Source: an uncultured Methylomirabilota bacterium (GTDB lineage Bacteria; Methylomirabilota; Methylomirabilia; Methylomirabilales; 2-02-FULL-66-22). Taken from it: a stretch of DNA of 64,000 nucleotides. The DNA lies in NCBI GenBank assembly GCA_963845565.1, contig CAWJSJ010000005.1, positions 96,001 to 160,000 on the forward strand, read 5' to 3'. Below the pieces are notes generated by a model. It saw only the letters and a list, made by a program, of their open reading frames with translations, did not search any database and was not told the origin of the DNA. How positions within the stretch are numbered: position 1 is the stretch's first letter; each line of letters starts with the position of its first letter. Shown here in pieces: positions 20,828 through 35,382 of the stretch. The position numbers and the translations under genes were made by a program.

Positions 20828-22408
20828 ATGGCAAAACACGCTCCCCACGCCCGTCAGGACGAGCCTGCCGATCGACCGGGCCACCGGTCCGCGCGGCACC
20901 CGTGGCTGCTGTACGCGGTCGTCTTCGTGTGCGGGGCCGTCTTGATGTCCCTCGAGATGATCGGCAGCCGAATGCTCGCTCCGTACTTCGGTAACTCCAT
21001 CTTCGTGTGGGGAAGTCTGATCAGTGTCGTGCTGGCTGCGCTGAGCCTGGGATACTGGCTGGGCGGGATCGCGGCGGACCGTTGGCCGCGCTTCTCGGTG
21101 CTGGCAACGCTGATCGCCATTCCCGGTGTCATCATCGCGCTGCTGCCGTTCGTCTATCCGGGACTGAACCGCGGCATCGCGGATGGCAACATGGGCGCGC
21201 GCCTGGGGCCCCTCGTGTCGTGCCTCATCCTGTTCCTGGTTCCCAGCGTGTTCCTGGGAACGATCTCGCCCTTTGCCGTGCGGCTGCAGGCGCGGGCCGT
21301 CGCCTCGGTGGGCTCCACGGCGGGCGGCCTGTATGCGGTTTCCACGGCGGGGAGCATCGTGGGGACACTGCTGACAACGTTCTATCTCATCGCGGTCGCT
21401 GGCGTGGCGAGCATCGTCCACGGTCTGGGCCTGACTCTTCTGTTGGTGGCGGCGGGGATTTTCCTGGGCGGCCGGCGGGTGACCCAGGCGGGGATCACCG
21501 TGCTCTGCGCGGCCCTCCTGCTGACGGCGATGATCTGGCACACGCGGACCCAGGCGGCCGAGGCGGGGCTGATCCTCCAACAGGACTCATTCTACAACCA
21601 CATCAAGTTGGCGGAGGACGGGACGCAGCGCTACATGGACTTCGAGAACCTGCGCCAGAGCGCCATGCTGCTCAAGGATCCCTGGGAGCTGCGCTTGCGG
21701 TACACACGCTTCCTCTCCCTGGCGATGACGCTCGTCCCCGAGCCGAAGCGCGTCCTGGTGCTCGGCCTAGGCGGCGGATCGTTTCCCAAGAAGCTCCACC
21801 GGGACTTCCCGAATGTGATCGTGGATGTGGTGGATATCGACCCGGAAGTCATCGCCATCGCCAAGCGGTATTTCCAGGTGCCGGAGGATGACCGCCTGCA
21901 CCTGTTCGCCATGGATGCCCGTCGCTTTATTCAGGAGACGAAGGCGACGTATGACGTGATCTTCCTGGACGCGTACAACTCCGACACCATCCCGTTCCAC
22001 CTGACGACCCGTGAGTTCTACGCGGAGATTCAATCGCGGCTGGCGCCTGGCGGGGTGGTGGTTTCGAACATCATCGGCACGCTGCGGGGGCCGCAGAGCG
22101 CCTTCTTTCGGACCATGTACCGGACACTCGCCGAGTCCTTTGCCACGGTGTACACAGTTCCCACCTACGATCAGAGCGCGGGGTGGATCCTGGGGGACAT
22201 CAATATCATCCTATTCGCCACGCAGGACCCGACACGGTTGACCCGCGGCGAGCTGGTGGCGCGGGCGGGCCGGGTGGGCGGCAAGCTGGTCCCGGCCTCT
22301 GATCTGGCCGAATACGCGGCGCACCTGCTCGAGGTACCGATCGAAACCAAGGATGTCCCCGTCCTCACCGACGACTTCGCCCCGGTGGAGATCCTACGCG
22401 CCCTCTAG
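20828..22408 (+). CDS. Fused MFS-like membrane domain / spermidine-synthase-like methyltransferase
   Basis: SLEMIGSRMLAPYFGNSIFVWGSLI TM region; VLVLGLGGG, VDIDPEV, DARRF, YDVIFLDAY, LTDDFAPVE. Confidence 0.9.
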   Translation: MAKHAPHARQDEPADRPGHRSARHPWLLYAVVFVCGAVLMSLEMIGSRMLAPYFGNSIFVWGSLISVVLAALSLGYWLGGIAADRWPRFSVLATLIAIPGVIIALLPFVYPGLNRGIADGNMGARLGPLVSCLILFLVPSVFLGTISPFAVRLQARAVASVGSTAGGLYAVSTAGSIVGTLLTTFYLIAVAGVASIVHGLGLTLLLVAAGIFLGGRRVTQAGITVLCAALLLTAMIWHTRTQAAEAGLILQQDSFYNHIKLAEDGTQRYMDFENLRQSAMLLKDPWELRLRYTRFLSLAMTLVPEPKRVLVLGLGGGSFPKKLHRDFPNVIVDVVDIDPEVIAIAKRYFQVPEDDRLHLFAMDARRFIQETKATYDVIFLDAYNSDTIPFHLTTREFYAEIQSRLAPGGVVVSNIIGTLRGPQSAFFRTMYRTLAESFATVYTVPTYDQSAGWILGDINIILFATQDPTRLTRGELVARAGRVGGKLVPASDLAEYAAHLLEVPIETKDVPVLTDDFAPVEILRAL

Positions 22409-22420
22409 CACAGAAAGCCA

Positions 22421-22446
22421 TGGCCACAAGACGCACAAGAAGCACA
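22421..22446 (+). repeat. Left inverted arm of the GxxExxY cassette (9-nt period)
   Basis: TGGCCACAAGACGCACAAGAAGCACA; 25/26 match to the reverse complement of 22958-22983. Confidence 0.92.
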
Positions 22447-22542
22447 GGGGTATGGAGCGAGGGCTAAAGCGAACCACACGGCGTACAGGACCCGAAGAAT
22501 AACGGCGACCGTGGAGGGCTGATCGCAGGGGGCGGCGCACTC

Positions 22543-22917
22543 ATGGATGATCGTGAGATCTTGACCCTGTGCGACCGGATTCGGGAGATCAGCCTCGCCT
22601 TACACGGGTACTTGCGGCATGGGCACCTGGAGAAGGTGTATGAGAACGGATTGGGCCATCGTCTACGAAAAGCCGGGATCGGTTTTGAGCAGCAGTATCC
22701 GCTGAAGGTATCCGATGAGGACGGTGCGACGCTTGGAGAGTATTACGCAGATTTCCTTATCGAAGGCTGTCTCATAGTTGAGTTGAAGGCCTGCAAGGCG
22801 TTGGCCGCTGAGCATACCGCCCAACTGCTCGGCTACCTGCGCGCCTCGCGCATGGAGCACGGTCTGCTTATCAACTTCGGAGCCAGCCGACTCGAGATTC
22901 GCAAATTCAAAATCTAG
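22543..22917 (+). CDS. GxxExxY protein (PD-(D/E)XK nuclease fold)
   Basis: GHLEKVY motif, YYADFLIE, IVELKA, HTAQLLGYL, GLLINFG. Confidence 0.93.
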   Translation: MDDREILTLCDRIREISLALHGYLRHGHLEKVYENGLGHRLRKAGIGFEQQYPLKVSDEDGATLGEYYADFLIEGCLIVELKACKALAAEHTAQLLGYLRASRMEHGLLINFGASRLEIRKFKI

Positions 22918-22951
22918 CTATCGTCCGGCTGTGCACTCTTTTTCCTCGTGA

Positions 22952-23710
<759 letters not shown>

Positions 23711-23796
23711 CGGCCGGATACCCAGTCGCCGCGTCCAAGGACGATCATCATACCGGAACAACAGACAGAGGGTACGGCTCGGTCTGGAGGTGCGCC

Positions 23797-24729
23797 ATGG
23801 GGCTCAAGAGCAAGGACCTGTTGGGTATTCGGGAGCTCTCCGTCGAGGAGATCCGCCTCGTCCTGGACACGGCGGCCTCGATGAAGGAGATCGCCTCCCG
23901 CGACATCAAGAAGGTGCCGGCGCTGCGCGGCAAGACGGTGATCAATTTATTCTACGAGCCCAGCACGCGCACCCGGACCTCCTTCGAGATCGCGGGCAAA
24001 TGGCTGAGCGCCGACGTCATCAATATCTCGACCTCGGCGAGCAGCGTGGTGAAAGGGGAGAGCCTGAAAGACACCGGCCTCACCCTGCAGGCCATGCACC
24101 CGGATGTGGTGGTGATCCGGCACGCGGTGCCCGGGGCGCCGCACCTTCTGGCGCGGTGGCTCAAGGCCTCCATCATCAACGCAGGGGACGGCGCGCATGA
24201 ACACCCCACGCAGGCCCTGCTGGACCTGTTCACGATCCGAGAGCGGCGGCCGACGCTCGACGGGTTGCGGGTTGCCATCGTCGGGGACATCTTGCACAGC
24301 CGGGTGGCGCGCTCCAACATTTTCGCGATGCAGAAGATGGGGATGCAGGTCCGGGTCTGCGGGCCGCCTACGCTCCTGCCACGGTACGTCGAGAGCCTGG
24401 GGGTGGAGAAGTCCCTGCGGGTCGAGCAGGCCATCGCCGATGCCGACGTCATCATGATGCTCCGCATTCAGCGCGAGCGGATGGGGGCAGGTCTGTTCCC
24501 CACGTTGCGGGAGTACTCCAAGCTCTTCGGGCTCAACGCGGACCGGCTCAAGATGGCCCGGCCGGACGTCCTGATCATGCACCCCGGCCCGATCAATCGC
24601 GGGGTGGAGATTGCACCCGAGGTGGCCGACGGGCCGTACTCGATGATTCTGGACCAGGTGGAGAACGGCCTGGCGATCCGCATGGCGCTCTTGTACCTGC
24701 TGGCGGGCGGGCAGGCGGGCGGCAACTAG
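23797..24729 (+). CDS. pyrB: Aspartate carbamoyltransferase, catalytic subunit
   Basis: [47 protein letters not shown]. Confidence 0.98.
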   Translation: MGLKSKDLLGIRELSVEEIRLVLDTAASMKEIASRDIKKVPALRGKTVINLFYEPSTRTRTSFEIAGKWLSADVINISTSASSVVKGESLKDTGLTLQAMHPDVVVIRHAVPGAPHLLARWLKASIINAGDGAHEHPTQALLDLFTIRERRPTLDGLRVAIVGDILHSRVARSNIFAMQKMGMQVRVCGPPTLLPRYVESLGVEKSLRVEQAIADADVIMMLRIQRERMGAGLFPTLREYSKLFGLNADRLKMARPDVLIMHPGPINRGVEIAPEVADGPYSMILDQVENGLAIRMALLYLLAGGQAGGN

Positions 24730-24830
24730 GCCGTTGTTAAAGAATAACTTGCGCGGAGAAGTTTCGGGAACGGCATAAGGAGCCGTAACGAAATATCAAC
24801 ATGCGGATGGTTATTTCGTAACGGCTCCTA
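24727..24830 (+). repeat. Dispersed repeat family A, copy 2
   Basis: TAG (pyrB stop) then GCCGTTGTTAAAGAAT..AACGGCATAAGGAGCCGTAACGAAAT..ATTTCGTAACGGCTCCTA. Confidence 0.92.
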
Positions 24831-24901
24831 AGGCCGGACGAGGTTCGCGGTCCGCCGCCGCGTGCGTGGACCCCGAACCCGGACCGTCGAACGGAGAGAC
24901 T

Positions 24902-26191
24902 ATGAGAATCCTGATCGCAGGCGGGCGTGTGATCGATCCGGCGAACCGACGGGATGCGGTGTTGAACCTGTTGATCGAGGACGGGCGGATCGCCGAGGTC
25001 GCGAGTCCCGGAGTGCAGCCCGCCCCGTCGGCGGATCGGGTCCTCGACGCCCGCGGCAAGGTGGTCTGTCCCGGTTTCGTGGACCTGCACGTCCACCTGC
25101 GGGAACCGGGCCGGGAAGACATGGAGACGATCGCGACGGGCACGCGAGCGGCGGCTCGCGGGGGGTTCACGTCGGTCTGCTGTATGGCCAACACGGCACC
25201 GGTCAACGACAACCAGTCGGTCACAGATTTCATCATCGACCGGGCGCGGCGGGATGGCGCCGCCCACGTCTTCCCCATCGGGGCCATCACGAAAGGGCAG
25301 CGCGGCGAAGAACTGGCGGAGATCGGCGAATTGATCGGTGCCGGCTGCGTCGCCATCTCCGATGACGGCCATCCCGTCATGAACGCGGAGCTGATGCGGC
25401 GGGCGCTGGAATACTCCACACTCTTCCGCGTCCCGGTCATCCAGCACGCCGAGGACGCGCACCTGACGGGCAAGGGGGTCATGCACGAGGGGCGGGTCAG
25501 CACCGAGCTGGGCTTCAAGGGGATACCCGCCGCCTCGGAGTCGGTCATCGTGGCGCGTGATCTGCTGCTGGCGGAGCTGACCGGCGGTCACTATCACGTG
25601 GCGCACGTCAGCACCGCCGAGGCGGTGCAGCTCGTCCGCGAGGCGAAGCGAAAGGGGCACGCCGTGACGTGCGAGGTCGCCCCACACCACTTCGCGCTGA
25701 GCGACGAGGCCGTCAAGACCTTCGACACCAACACCAAGATGAGCCCACCGCTCCGCTCCGCGCGCCACGTGGAGGCGGTGAAGGCCGGACTGGCCGACGG
25801 GACGATCGACGCGATCGCCACCGACCACGCGCCGCATACCGTCCAGGACAAGGAGGTGGAGTTCGACTACGCCGCCAACGGTGTCATCGGGCTGGAAACG
25901 GCCTTCGGCCTCACCGTGTCGGTCCTGGTGGAGGGCGGGGTGTTGAGCCTGGATCAAGCGATCGCCCGCCTCACCGCGGACCCGGCCCGGATCTTCGGGC
26001 TGGCCAAGGGGACGCTGTCCGTGGGGGCGGATGCCGACGTGGCCATCGTGGACCCGGCGCGGGAGTGGGTCGTGGATATCGCCCACTCGGCCTCCAAGAG
26101 CCGGAACTCGCCCTTCCATGGGTGGAAGCTGCGGGGGCAGGTCCTGGCCACGATCATGAGCGGGAGGATTGTGTGGGAGCTCCAGGCCTAA
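24902..26191 (+). CDS. pyrC: Dihydroorotase (class I)
   Basis: [51 protein letters not shown]. Confidence 0.96.
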   Translation: MRILIAGGRVIDPANRRDAVLNLLIEDGRIAEVASPGVQPAPSADRVLDARGKVVCPGFVDLHVHLREPGREDMETIATGTRAAARGGFTSVCCMANTAPVNDNQSVTDFIIDRARRDGAAHVFPIGAITKGQRGEELAEIGELIGAGCVAISDDGHPVMNAELMRRALEYSTLFRVPVIQHAEDAHLTGKGVMHEGRVSTELGFKGIPAASESVIVARDLLLAELTGGHYHVAHVSTAEAVQLVREAKRKGHAVTCEVAPHHFALSDEAVKTFDTNTKMSPPLRSARHVEAVKAGLADGTIDAIATDHAPHTVQDKEVEFDYAANGVIGLETAFGLTVSVLVEGGVLSLDQAIARLTADPARIFGLAKGTLSVGADADVAIVDPAREWVVDIAHSASKSRNSPFHGWKLRGQVLATIMSGRIVWELQA

Positions 26192-26216
26192 GCCGGAGGG
26201 GTGTGAGGATACGCGC

Positions 26217-27473
26217 ATGAAACCAGCGGTGTTGGCCCTGGCCGACGGGACCGTGTTCGAGGGATGGGCCTACGGGGCCGAGGGCGAGGCGATCGGCGAG
26301 GTGGTCTTCAACACCTCGATGAGCGGTTATCAGGAGATCCTGACCGATCCGTCCTACAAGGGGCAGATCGTGACCATGACCTATCCCCTGATCGGAAACA
26401 CCGGGGTGAACCCCCAGGATGTGGAGGCCCGGCGCCCCTTCGTCGAGGGGTTCGTCGTCAAGGAGGGCAGCGTCATCGCCAGCAACTGGCGGGCGACGCA
26501 GTCTCTGGAAGAGTATTTGCGGGAGCGCGGCATCGTCGGGATCCAGGGTATCGATACCCGGGCCCTCACCCGGCACATCCGGGATCATGGCGCGCAGGAA
26601 GGGATCATCTCGACCACCGACTGCGAGCCGAATAGCCTGGTTGCCAAGGCCAAGGCCTCTCCCGGCCTGATCGGCCGCGACCTGGTCAGGGAAGTTTCCT
26701 GCGACGCACCATTCGTCTGGACGCAGAGCGTCTGGGAATGGCCTCGCGGATACGGTGACGGCCAAGCCGCGAACCGCGAACCGCGAGCCGCGACGGACCA
26801 ATTGCCCTTGTTCGGCGCGTCGACACCGGCGCGCACCGCTCGACACGCGCCGGCCGGCGCTCGACGGTACAGGGTCGTGGCCTACGATTGCGGCATCAAG
26901 TGGAACATTCTGCGGCAGCTCGTCGGGCACGGGTGCGAGGTGACCGTGGTTTCCGCCGCGACTCCGGCTGCAGAGGTGTTACGGCTCGCCCCGGATGGAA
27001 TCTTCTTGTCGAACGGCCCTGGCGACCCCGAGGGGGTGCCATACCTGATCGCCGCGGTGCGGGAGCTCCTGGGAAAGCGACCGATCTTCGGGATCTGCCT
27101 GGGGCACCAGATCATCGGGCTTGCGCTGGGTGGACGGACGTACAAGCTGAAGTTCGGCCACCACGGGGGAAACCAACCGGTCAAGGATCTGACGACGGGC
27201 CGGGTGGAGATCACCGCCCAGAACCACGGCTTCGCCGTGGACATGCAGTCCTTCCAGGGCGCCTCCCGGGATGCCATGCACGGCGGACCCGAGGACATCG
27301 TCCTCACTCACGTGAACCTGAACGACCACACCTGCGAAGGCTTGATGCACCGGCGCCTGCCGCTCTTCTCGGTGCAGTACCACCCCGAGGCCTCACCCGG
27401 TCCGCACGACGCCGGTTACCTTTTTGGCCGGTTCGTGGAGCTGATGGGAGGGGAGCGGCAGCCGGCCGGATGA
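26217..27473 (+). CDS. carA: Carbamoyl-phosphate synthase small subunit, with a repeat-containing internal insertion
   Basis: [55 protein letters not shown]. Confidence 0.97.
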   Translation: MKPAVLALADGTVFEGWAYGAEGEAIGEVVFNTSMSGYQEILTDPSYKGQIVTMTYPLIGNTGVNPQDVEARRPFVEGFVVKEGSVIASNWRATQSLEEYLRERGIVGIQGIDTRALTRHIRDHGAQEGIISTTDCEPNSLVAKAKASPGLIGRDLVREVSCDAPFVWTQSVWEWPRGYGDGQAANREPRAATDQLPLFGASTPARTARHAPAGARRYRVVAYDCGIKWNILRQLVGHGCEVTVVSAATPAAEVLRLAPDGIFLSNGPGDPEGVPYLIAAVRELLGKRPIFGICLGHQIIGLALGGRTYKLKFGHHGGNQPVKDLTTGRVEITAQNHGFAVDMQSFQGASRDAMHGGPEDIVLTHVNLNDHTCEGLMHRRLPLFSVQYHPEASPGPHDAGYLFGRFVELMGGERQPAG

Positions 27474-27540
27474 CCGGCCGGCGAGCTGGCCGCGATTTCC
27501 ACGGAAGGACGAACGATGGGTTCACCCAACGAGGTGCCGT

Positions 27541-30789
<3,249 letters not shown>

Positions 30790-30790
30790 G

Positions 30791-31613
30791 GTGCCCGTGC
30801 ACGCCCAGATCGCCTTCAATCGCCCGGTGTCATCGACCTATCGTCACCTCGGTGTCGCGGCGCCCGGCTTTTCCCGCGCGCTGTCGCCCGGCCAGTTCGT
30901 CATGGTGCGACCCCCGCTCGTCGTGGACCCCCTCTTGCCGCGGGCGTTCTCGATCTACCGGATCTCACAGGGGGAGGAGGGCGCCCCAATTGTAGAGATC
31001 CTCTACAAGGTATTAGGGAAAGGGACTCAGTACCTGGCGCAGATGGACCCGGGGCAGGCGGTGGAGATCCTGGGGCCGCTCGGCAACAGGTTCACCGTGC
31101 CGGAGACGGTCGAGACGGCCGTCCTGGTAGCGGGGGGGATCGGTGTCCCGCCGATCGCCGCCCTGGCAATGGAGATCGTGAAGGGCCAGAGGCGACTGGA
31201 AGTCTTTCTGGGGGGCAAGACCGCGGACGACATTCTCTGTGCGGAGGATTTCGAGGGGGTGGGCGCAACCCTCCACATCACCACCGAGGACGGCAGCAAG
31301 GGAACCCGCGGTGTGATCACGGACCTCCTCGATCTCGTGTCGCTGCTCGGCAATTGGCAATCAGGAGACTCTCGGCTCTCGCCATCTCCACATCTTCACC
31401 TGCGGCCCTCCGGGAATGCTGGCGGCTGTGTCGCGCGTGGCCGAGGGGCGAGGCGTCCCGTGCCAGACCTCGGTCGAGGCCAACATGGCCTGCGGTTTTG
31501 GCGCGTGCATGGGTTGTGCAATCGAGGTGCGGTCGAGTGGCCCCGGGCCGGCCTACAAACTGGTGTGCAAGGACGGGCCGGTCTTCGATTCGCGGGATTT
31601 GGTGTGGCGATGA
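30791..31613 (+). CDS. pyrK: Dihydroorotate dehydrogenase electron transfer subunit; frameshift at about 31335-31385
   Basis: PGQFVMV, RAFSI, GPLGN, AGGIGVPP, TEDGSKG in one frame; IFTCGPPGM...MACGFGACMGC...VCKDGPVF in the next frame, ending at TGA 31613. Confidence 0.88.
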
Positions 31614-32692
31614 AAGAGCCGAGAGCCGAGAGGGTCGAGCCGCGAGCCGCGAGCCGCGAGTCAAGCGGTGAACGGGAGCAGGGCAAGCAGGCAATGGGGC
31701 GATCGGGCGACTCGGGGGAGCCCAGCTGCCGAGCCGCCCAGCAGGCCAGCAGCCCAGCTGGTGGCCCTGTTGGCCTTTCGGTGGAGTTTGCGGGCATCCG
31801 CATGCAGAACCCGGTACTCACGGCTTCGGGGACGTTCGGCTACGCTCAGGAATTCGAGCAATACCTGGACCTGAACCGGCTCGGCGCGCTGGTCGTGAAG
31901 ACCATCACGCGCCTTCCTCGCGCCGGGAATCCCGCGCCGCGGATCGTCGAGACCCCGGCCGGCATGCTGAACGCCATCGGCCTCCAAAACGTCGGGGTCG
32001 AGGCGTTCATCCGGGAGAAGCTGCCGTACCTCCGGCGGCTGACGCCACCGCTCATCGTCAACGTGGCCGGCGAGTCGGTGGAGGATTTCCGGGAGCTGAC
32101 CAAACGGATCAGCGACCAGGAGGGCGTGGCCGGCATCGAATTGAACGTCTCGTGTCCCAACGTGGCAGGTGGGCTGGATTTCTCGACGGATCCGAAGCTC
32201 ACGTACCAGGTGGTGAAGGCGGCGCGCGACGCGACAGGGCTTCCGATCATTCCGAAACTGTCGCCGAACGTGACGGATATCCGAGTGATCGCACGGGCCG
32301 CGGAAGAGGCGGGCGCCAACGGGATCTCGCTCATCAACACGCTGGTGGGCATGGCGATCGACGTGCGGACGCGCCGGCCAAAGATCGCCAACGTGACGGG
32401 CGGGCTCTCGGGGCCGGCCATCCGACCCGTGGCGATCCGAATGGTCTGGCAAGTGGCACAGGCTGTCCGTCTACCGATCCTCGGGATGGGCGGGATCGTG
32501 ACCGGAGAGGACGCGGCGGAGTTCCTCCTCGCCGGTGCGACCGCGGTGGCCGTCGGCACCGCAAACTTCATTGACCCGACGAATGCCCTCAAGGTCGTGG
32601 AGGGGCTTCGGGAGTATTGCGCCGCCAACGGGATCGCGGACGTGCGCCGGCTCGCGGGGGGCCTCCAGATTCCGGGGCGAAATGACCAATGA
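31610..32692 (+). CDS. pyrD: Dihydroorotate dehydrogenase family 1B catalytic subunit; repeat-derived N-terminal extension if the ATG at 31610 is used
   Basis: NPVLTASGTFG, GNPAPRIVET, NAIGLQN, ELNVSCPN, KLSPNVTDI, GGLSGPAIRP. Confidence 0.93.
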   Translation: MKEPRAERVEPRAASRESSGEREQGKQAMGRSGDSGEPSCRAAQQASSPAGGPVGLSVEFAGIRMQNPVLTASGTFGYAQEFEQYLDLNRLGALVVKTITRLPRAGNPAPRIVETPAGMLNAIGLQNVGVEAFIREKLPYLRRLTPPLIVNVAGESVEDFRELTKRISDQEGVAGIELNVSCPNVAGGLDFSTDPKLTYQVVKAARDATGLPIIPKLSPNVTDIRVIARAAEEAGANGISLINTLVGMAIDVRTRRPKIANVTGGLSGPAIRPVAIRMVWQVAQAVRLPILGMGGIVTGEDAAEFLLAGATAVAVGTANFIDPTNALKVVEGLREYCAANGIADVRRLAGGLQIPGRNDQ

Positions 32693-33165
32693 CCGTGGGG
32701 TGGAGAATGGCGAGGACGGTATCGCGTGGATTGTGGGCGCTGCTCTGGGCGTCGGTAGTTCTATCCGGCCTCGGACTCTCTATCTCTGGCTATCTTGTCG
32801 CCAAGCGCTTTACCGGTGGTAGTCTGGCGTGTACGCGCTGGGCCCAGTGCGACGTAGTCAACAACAGCGTGTACTCCCAGCTCTACGGTGTGCCGGTCTC
32901 GGTTATCGGCTTGGCCGGATACCTGTTGCTCCTGATGCTGGCCGTGGCGGCCTTATGGACGGAGGGGCGTACCCAGCGTCGGACGCTCCTTCTCAGCTTC
33001 GTCCTTGCACTCGGCGGAGTGGGGTTCTCGATCTACCTCACATACCTTGAGATCTACGTGATCGAGGCCCTCTGCGCCTGGTGCGTCGCCTCGGCGATCG
33101 TCATCGCGTTGCTGGCGATCGTCACGGCCGTCGCTTCGCGGCTCACGACGCCAAAGGGTGCGTGA
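32689..33165 (+). CDS. Vitamin K epoxide reductase (VKOR) family membrane protein
   Basis: C..C loop (CTRWAQCDVVNNSVYS), four TM segments, CAWC motif. Confidence 0.9.
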   Translation: MTVGWRMARTVSRGLWALLWASVVLSGLGLSISGYLVAKRFTGGSLACTRWAQCDVVNNSVYSQLYGVPVSVIGLAGYLLLLMLAVAALWTEGRTQRRTLLLSFVLALGGVGFSIYLTYLEIYVIEALCAWCVASAIVIALLAIVTAVASRLTTPKGA

Positions 33166-33238
33166 GTCGGGTCCACTTTCCATGAATCTGTGAACGACCA
33201 GCGTCGGGCGCGGTGACCCGGGCCGGAAAGGAGTTCGG

Positions 33239-33595
33239 ATGGACGAGAACCCGATGATCGCCATCGATACCCAGACGATTCCGTGGGAGGAGCGGTTCAA
33301 CGAGAAGCTCGGCCGGGCACTCTATCGGAAGAACTTGATCACCGATCCGGAGACCGGTATGGAGGTCCGCCTGGTTCGATACCCCGCCGGTGTGATCAAT
33401 GTGCGGCATACGCATCCGTGCGCGCACGGCATGTACGTTCTGGAGGGGATCCTGGTCACCCACGCCGGGCAGTATGGTCCCGGCAGCTTCGTGTGGTTTC
33501 CTGAGGGCCTGGTGATGGAACATGGCGCCACCCCCGAGCGCGACGTGACGGTGTTGTTCATCACCAATAAGCCGTTCGAGATCCACTATCGGTAA
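33239..33595 (+). CDS. Cupin domain protein (ChrR-like)
   Basis: YPAG..HTHPCAHGMYVLEG...PGSFVWFPEGLVMEHG. Confidence 0.85.
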   Translation: MDENPMIAIDTQTIPWEERFNEKLGRALYRKNLITDPETGMEVRLVRYPAGVINVRHTHPCAHGMYVLEGILVTHAGQYGPGSFVWFPEGLVMEHGATPERDVTVLFITNKPFEIHYR

Positions 33596-33728
33596 TTCCG
33601 GTTGCCGGAGAGGCGAGTATCGGGATGTTGCCGGTCATCAACAGCTGACCTCCCTGCTATCCCTCGCGGTCGCGCGTACTTGCCGCCGTCCGGTTCCGGC
33701 GGCAGCCACCCTCCTCCCTGTGGTCCCT

Positions 33729-33773
33729 CTAGCCCGGATTCTTCACGAAGGATTCGTGAAGAATCCGGGCTTA
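33729..33773. repeat. REP-like perfect palindrome (19-bp arms)
   Basis: AGCCCGGATTCTTCACGAA-gga-TTCGTGAAGAATCCGGGCT. Confidence 0.9.
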
Positions 33774-33894
33774 CCTGACGAGCAGCCATTCCCGCCTGCA
33801 GCGGAAGGATACGGGGTGGCGCGCGGACCGGGTACCCATCCGCCAGGATGGGTGCGGTGCCGCCCGCGTGACCGCCGCCCCCAAGGGTTCTTAT

Positions 33895-33941
33895 TAAGCC
33901 CGCATTGTTCGCGAGCAGTGTTCGCGAATGATGCGGGCTAG
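33895..33941. repeat. Second, related REP-like palindrome
   Basis: AGCCCGCATTGTTCGCGAG-cagtg-TTCGCGAATGATGCGGGCT; all mismatches are G-T on the + strand. Confidence 0.85.
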
Positions 33942-34091
33942 CGGCCGACCGTTCGCCGTGCCACGTGCGGCGCAGCCATTGCGCCCTTCGGCTGCCGGGT
34001 CCGGGTGTTTGCTTCGTACCGCGCCTGTGCTATGATTCGCCCCTCGTGCGCGGCGCGGCCCGCGCCTGTCCCTTCCCTTTGGAGGACCCCC

Positions 34092-35231
34092 ATGATCGCG
34101 AAACGTGCCCGGGAGATCGAACCCTTCGTCGTCATGGAGGTGATGGAGCGGGCGCAGCAACTCGAGGCGCAGGGCGAGCACCTCATCCATCTGGAGGTCG
34201 GCGAGCCGGACTTCGCCACGCCCGCGTGCATCCAGGAGGCCATGACCAAGGCGGTCAAGGACGGGATGACGGGCTACACGCATAGCCTCGGCATCTTGCC
34301 GCTGCGCGAGGCGATCGCGGAGCACTACCACGCCCGGTATGGCGTCCAGGTCTCGCCGGATCGGATCCTGGTCACCTCGGGCACTTCGCCGGCCATGTGG
34401 ATGGTCTTCTCGGCATTGCTGGAGGCGGGCGACGAGGTCATCGTGTCCGATCCGCACTACGCGTGCTACCCGAATTTCATCAAGTTCTGCGGCGGGACGC
34501 TGGCCTGTGTGGACGTGGCGGAGGAGGACGGCTTCCAGTTCCGGCCCGAGGCCGTGCGGGCCCGGATCGGGTCTCGCACCAAGGCGCTGCTCATCAATTC
34601 CCCGGCCAACCCTACCGGCACGCTCCTCTCGGCCGAACGCATGGCCGCCCTGGCCGCGCTGGGCCCGCTGGTCCTGTCGGACGAGATCTACCACGGCCTG
34701 GCGTACGAGGGACGCGAGCACTCGATCCTGGAGTTTACCGACCGTGCGGTGGTGTTCAACGGGTTCTCGAAGGCGTTCGCCATGACCGGGTGGCGGCTCG
34801 GGTACATCATCGTCCCGCCCGACCTGATCCGCCCGCTTCAGAAGATGCATCAGAACTTCTTCATCTCGGCCAACGCGTTCGTCCAGGCAGCCGGGATCGC
34901 AGCGCTGAAAGAGGCGCTGCCCGACTCCGAGCGCATGCGCCGGGAATATGACCGGCGGCGGCAGTTCATCGTTCCCGGGCTGCGGGCGCTGGGCTTCGGT
35001 CTGGCGTCTGAGCCGAACGGGGCCTTCTACGCCTTCGCCAACGCCAAGCGATTCGGCACCGACTCGTACGCCTTGGCTTTCGAGATCCTGGAGCGCGCCA
35101 AGGTCTGCGTGGCACCGGGTGTTGGGTTTGGAAGGAACGGGGAGGGGTACCTGCGATTCTCGTACGCCAGTTCGATGGAGAACATCGAGGAAGCCCTGCG
35201 GCGCCTGAAGGGCTTCCTGGAGGCTCGGTAG
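34092..35231 (+). CDS. PLP-dependent aminotransferase class I/II (aspartate aminotransferase-like)
   Basis: LEVGEPDF, NSPANPTG, SDEIYH, GFSKAFAMTGWRLG, GAFY, YLRFSYA; extended -10 TGcTATGAT at about 34028-34036. Confidence 0.93.
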   Translation: MIAKRAREIEPFVVMEVMERAQQLEAQGEHLIHLEVGEPDFATPACIQEAMTKAVKDGMTGYTHSLGILPLREAIAEHYHARYGVQVSPDRILVTSGTSPAMWMVFSALLEAGDEVIVSDPHYACYPNFIKFCGGTLACVDVAEEDGFQFRPEAVRARIGSRTKALLINSPANPTGTLLSAERMAALAALGPLVLSDEIYHGLAYEGREHSILEFTDRAVVFNGFSKAFAMTGWRLGYIIVPPDLIRPLQKMHQNFFISANAFVQAAGIAALKEALPDSERMRREYDRRRQFIVPGLRALGFGLASEPNGAFYAFANAKRFGTDSYALAFEILERAKVCVAPGVGFGRNGEGYLRFSYASSMENIEEALRRLKGFLEAR

Positions 35232-35268
35232 CGCGATCTCGAACCCGGCGGTGGGCCCGGGATCGCAG

Positions 35269-35372
35269 CAAGCCGTTGTCAAAGAATTAGTTGAGCGGAG
35301 ACATTCCGAAACGGCATAAGGAGCCGTAACGAAATAGAAAGAGATGTATAGGTTATTTCGTAACGGCTCCTA
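35269..35372 (+). repeat. Dispersed repeat family A, copy 3
   Basis: GCCGTTGTCAAAGAAT..AACGGCATAAGGAGCCGTAACGAAAT..ATTTCGTAACGGCTCCTA; hairpin loop identical to copy 1. Confidence 0.92.
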
Positions 35373-35382
35373 AGGGGGCATC

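Noticed and set aside
33600..33960. SRP RNA, tRNA or a known riboswitch in the structured intergenic region
   Set aside because: No SRP GGAA..AGCAG helix motif, no T-loop GTTCGA in a cloverleaf context and no recognisable aptamer consensus; the structure is explained by repeat hairpins.
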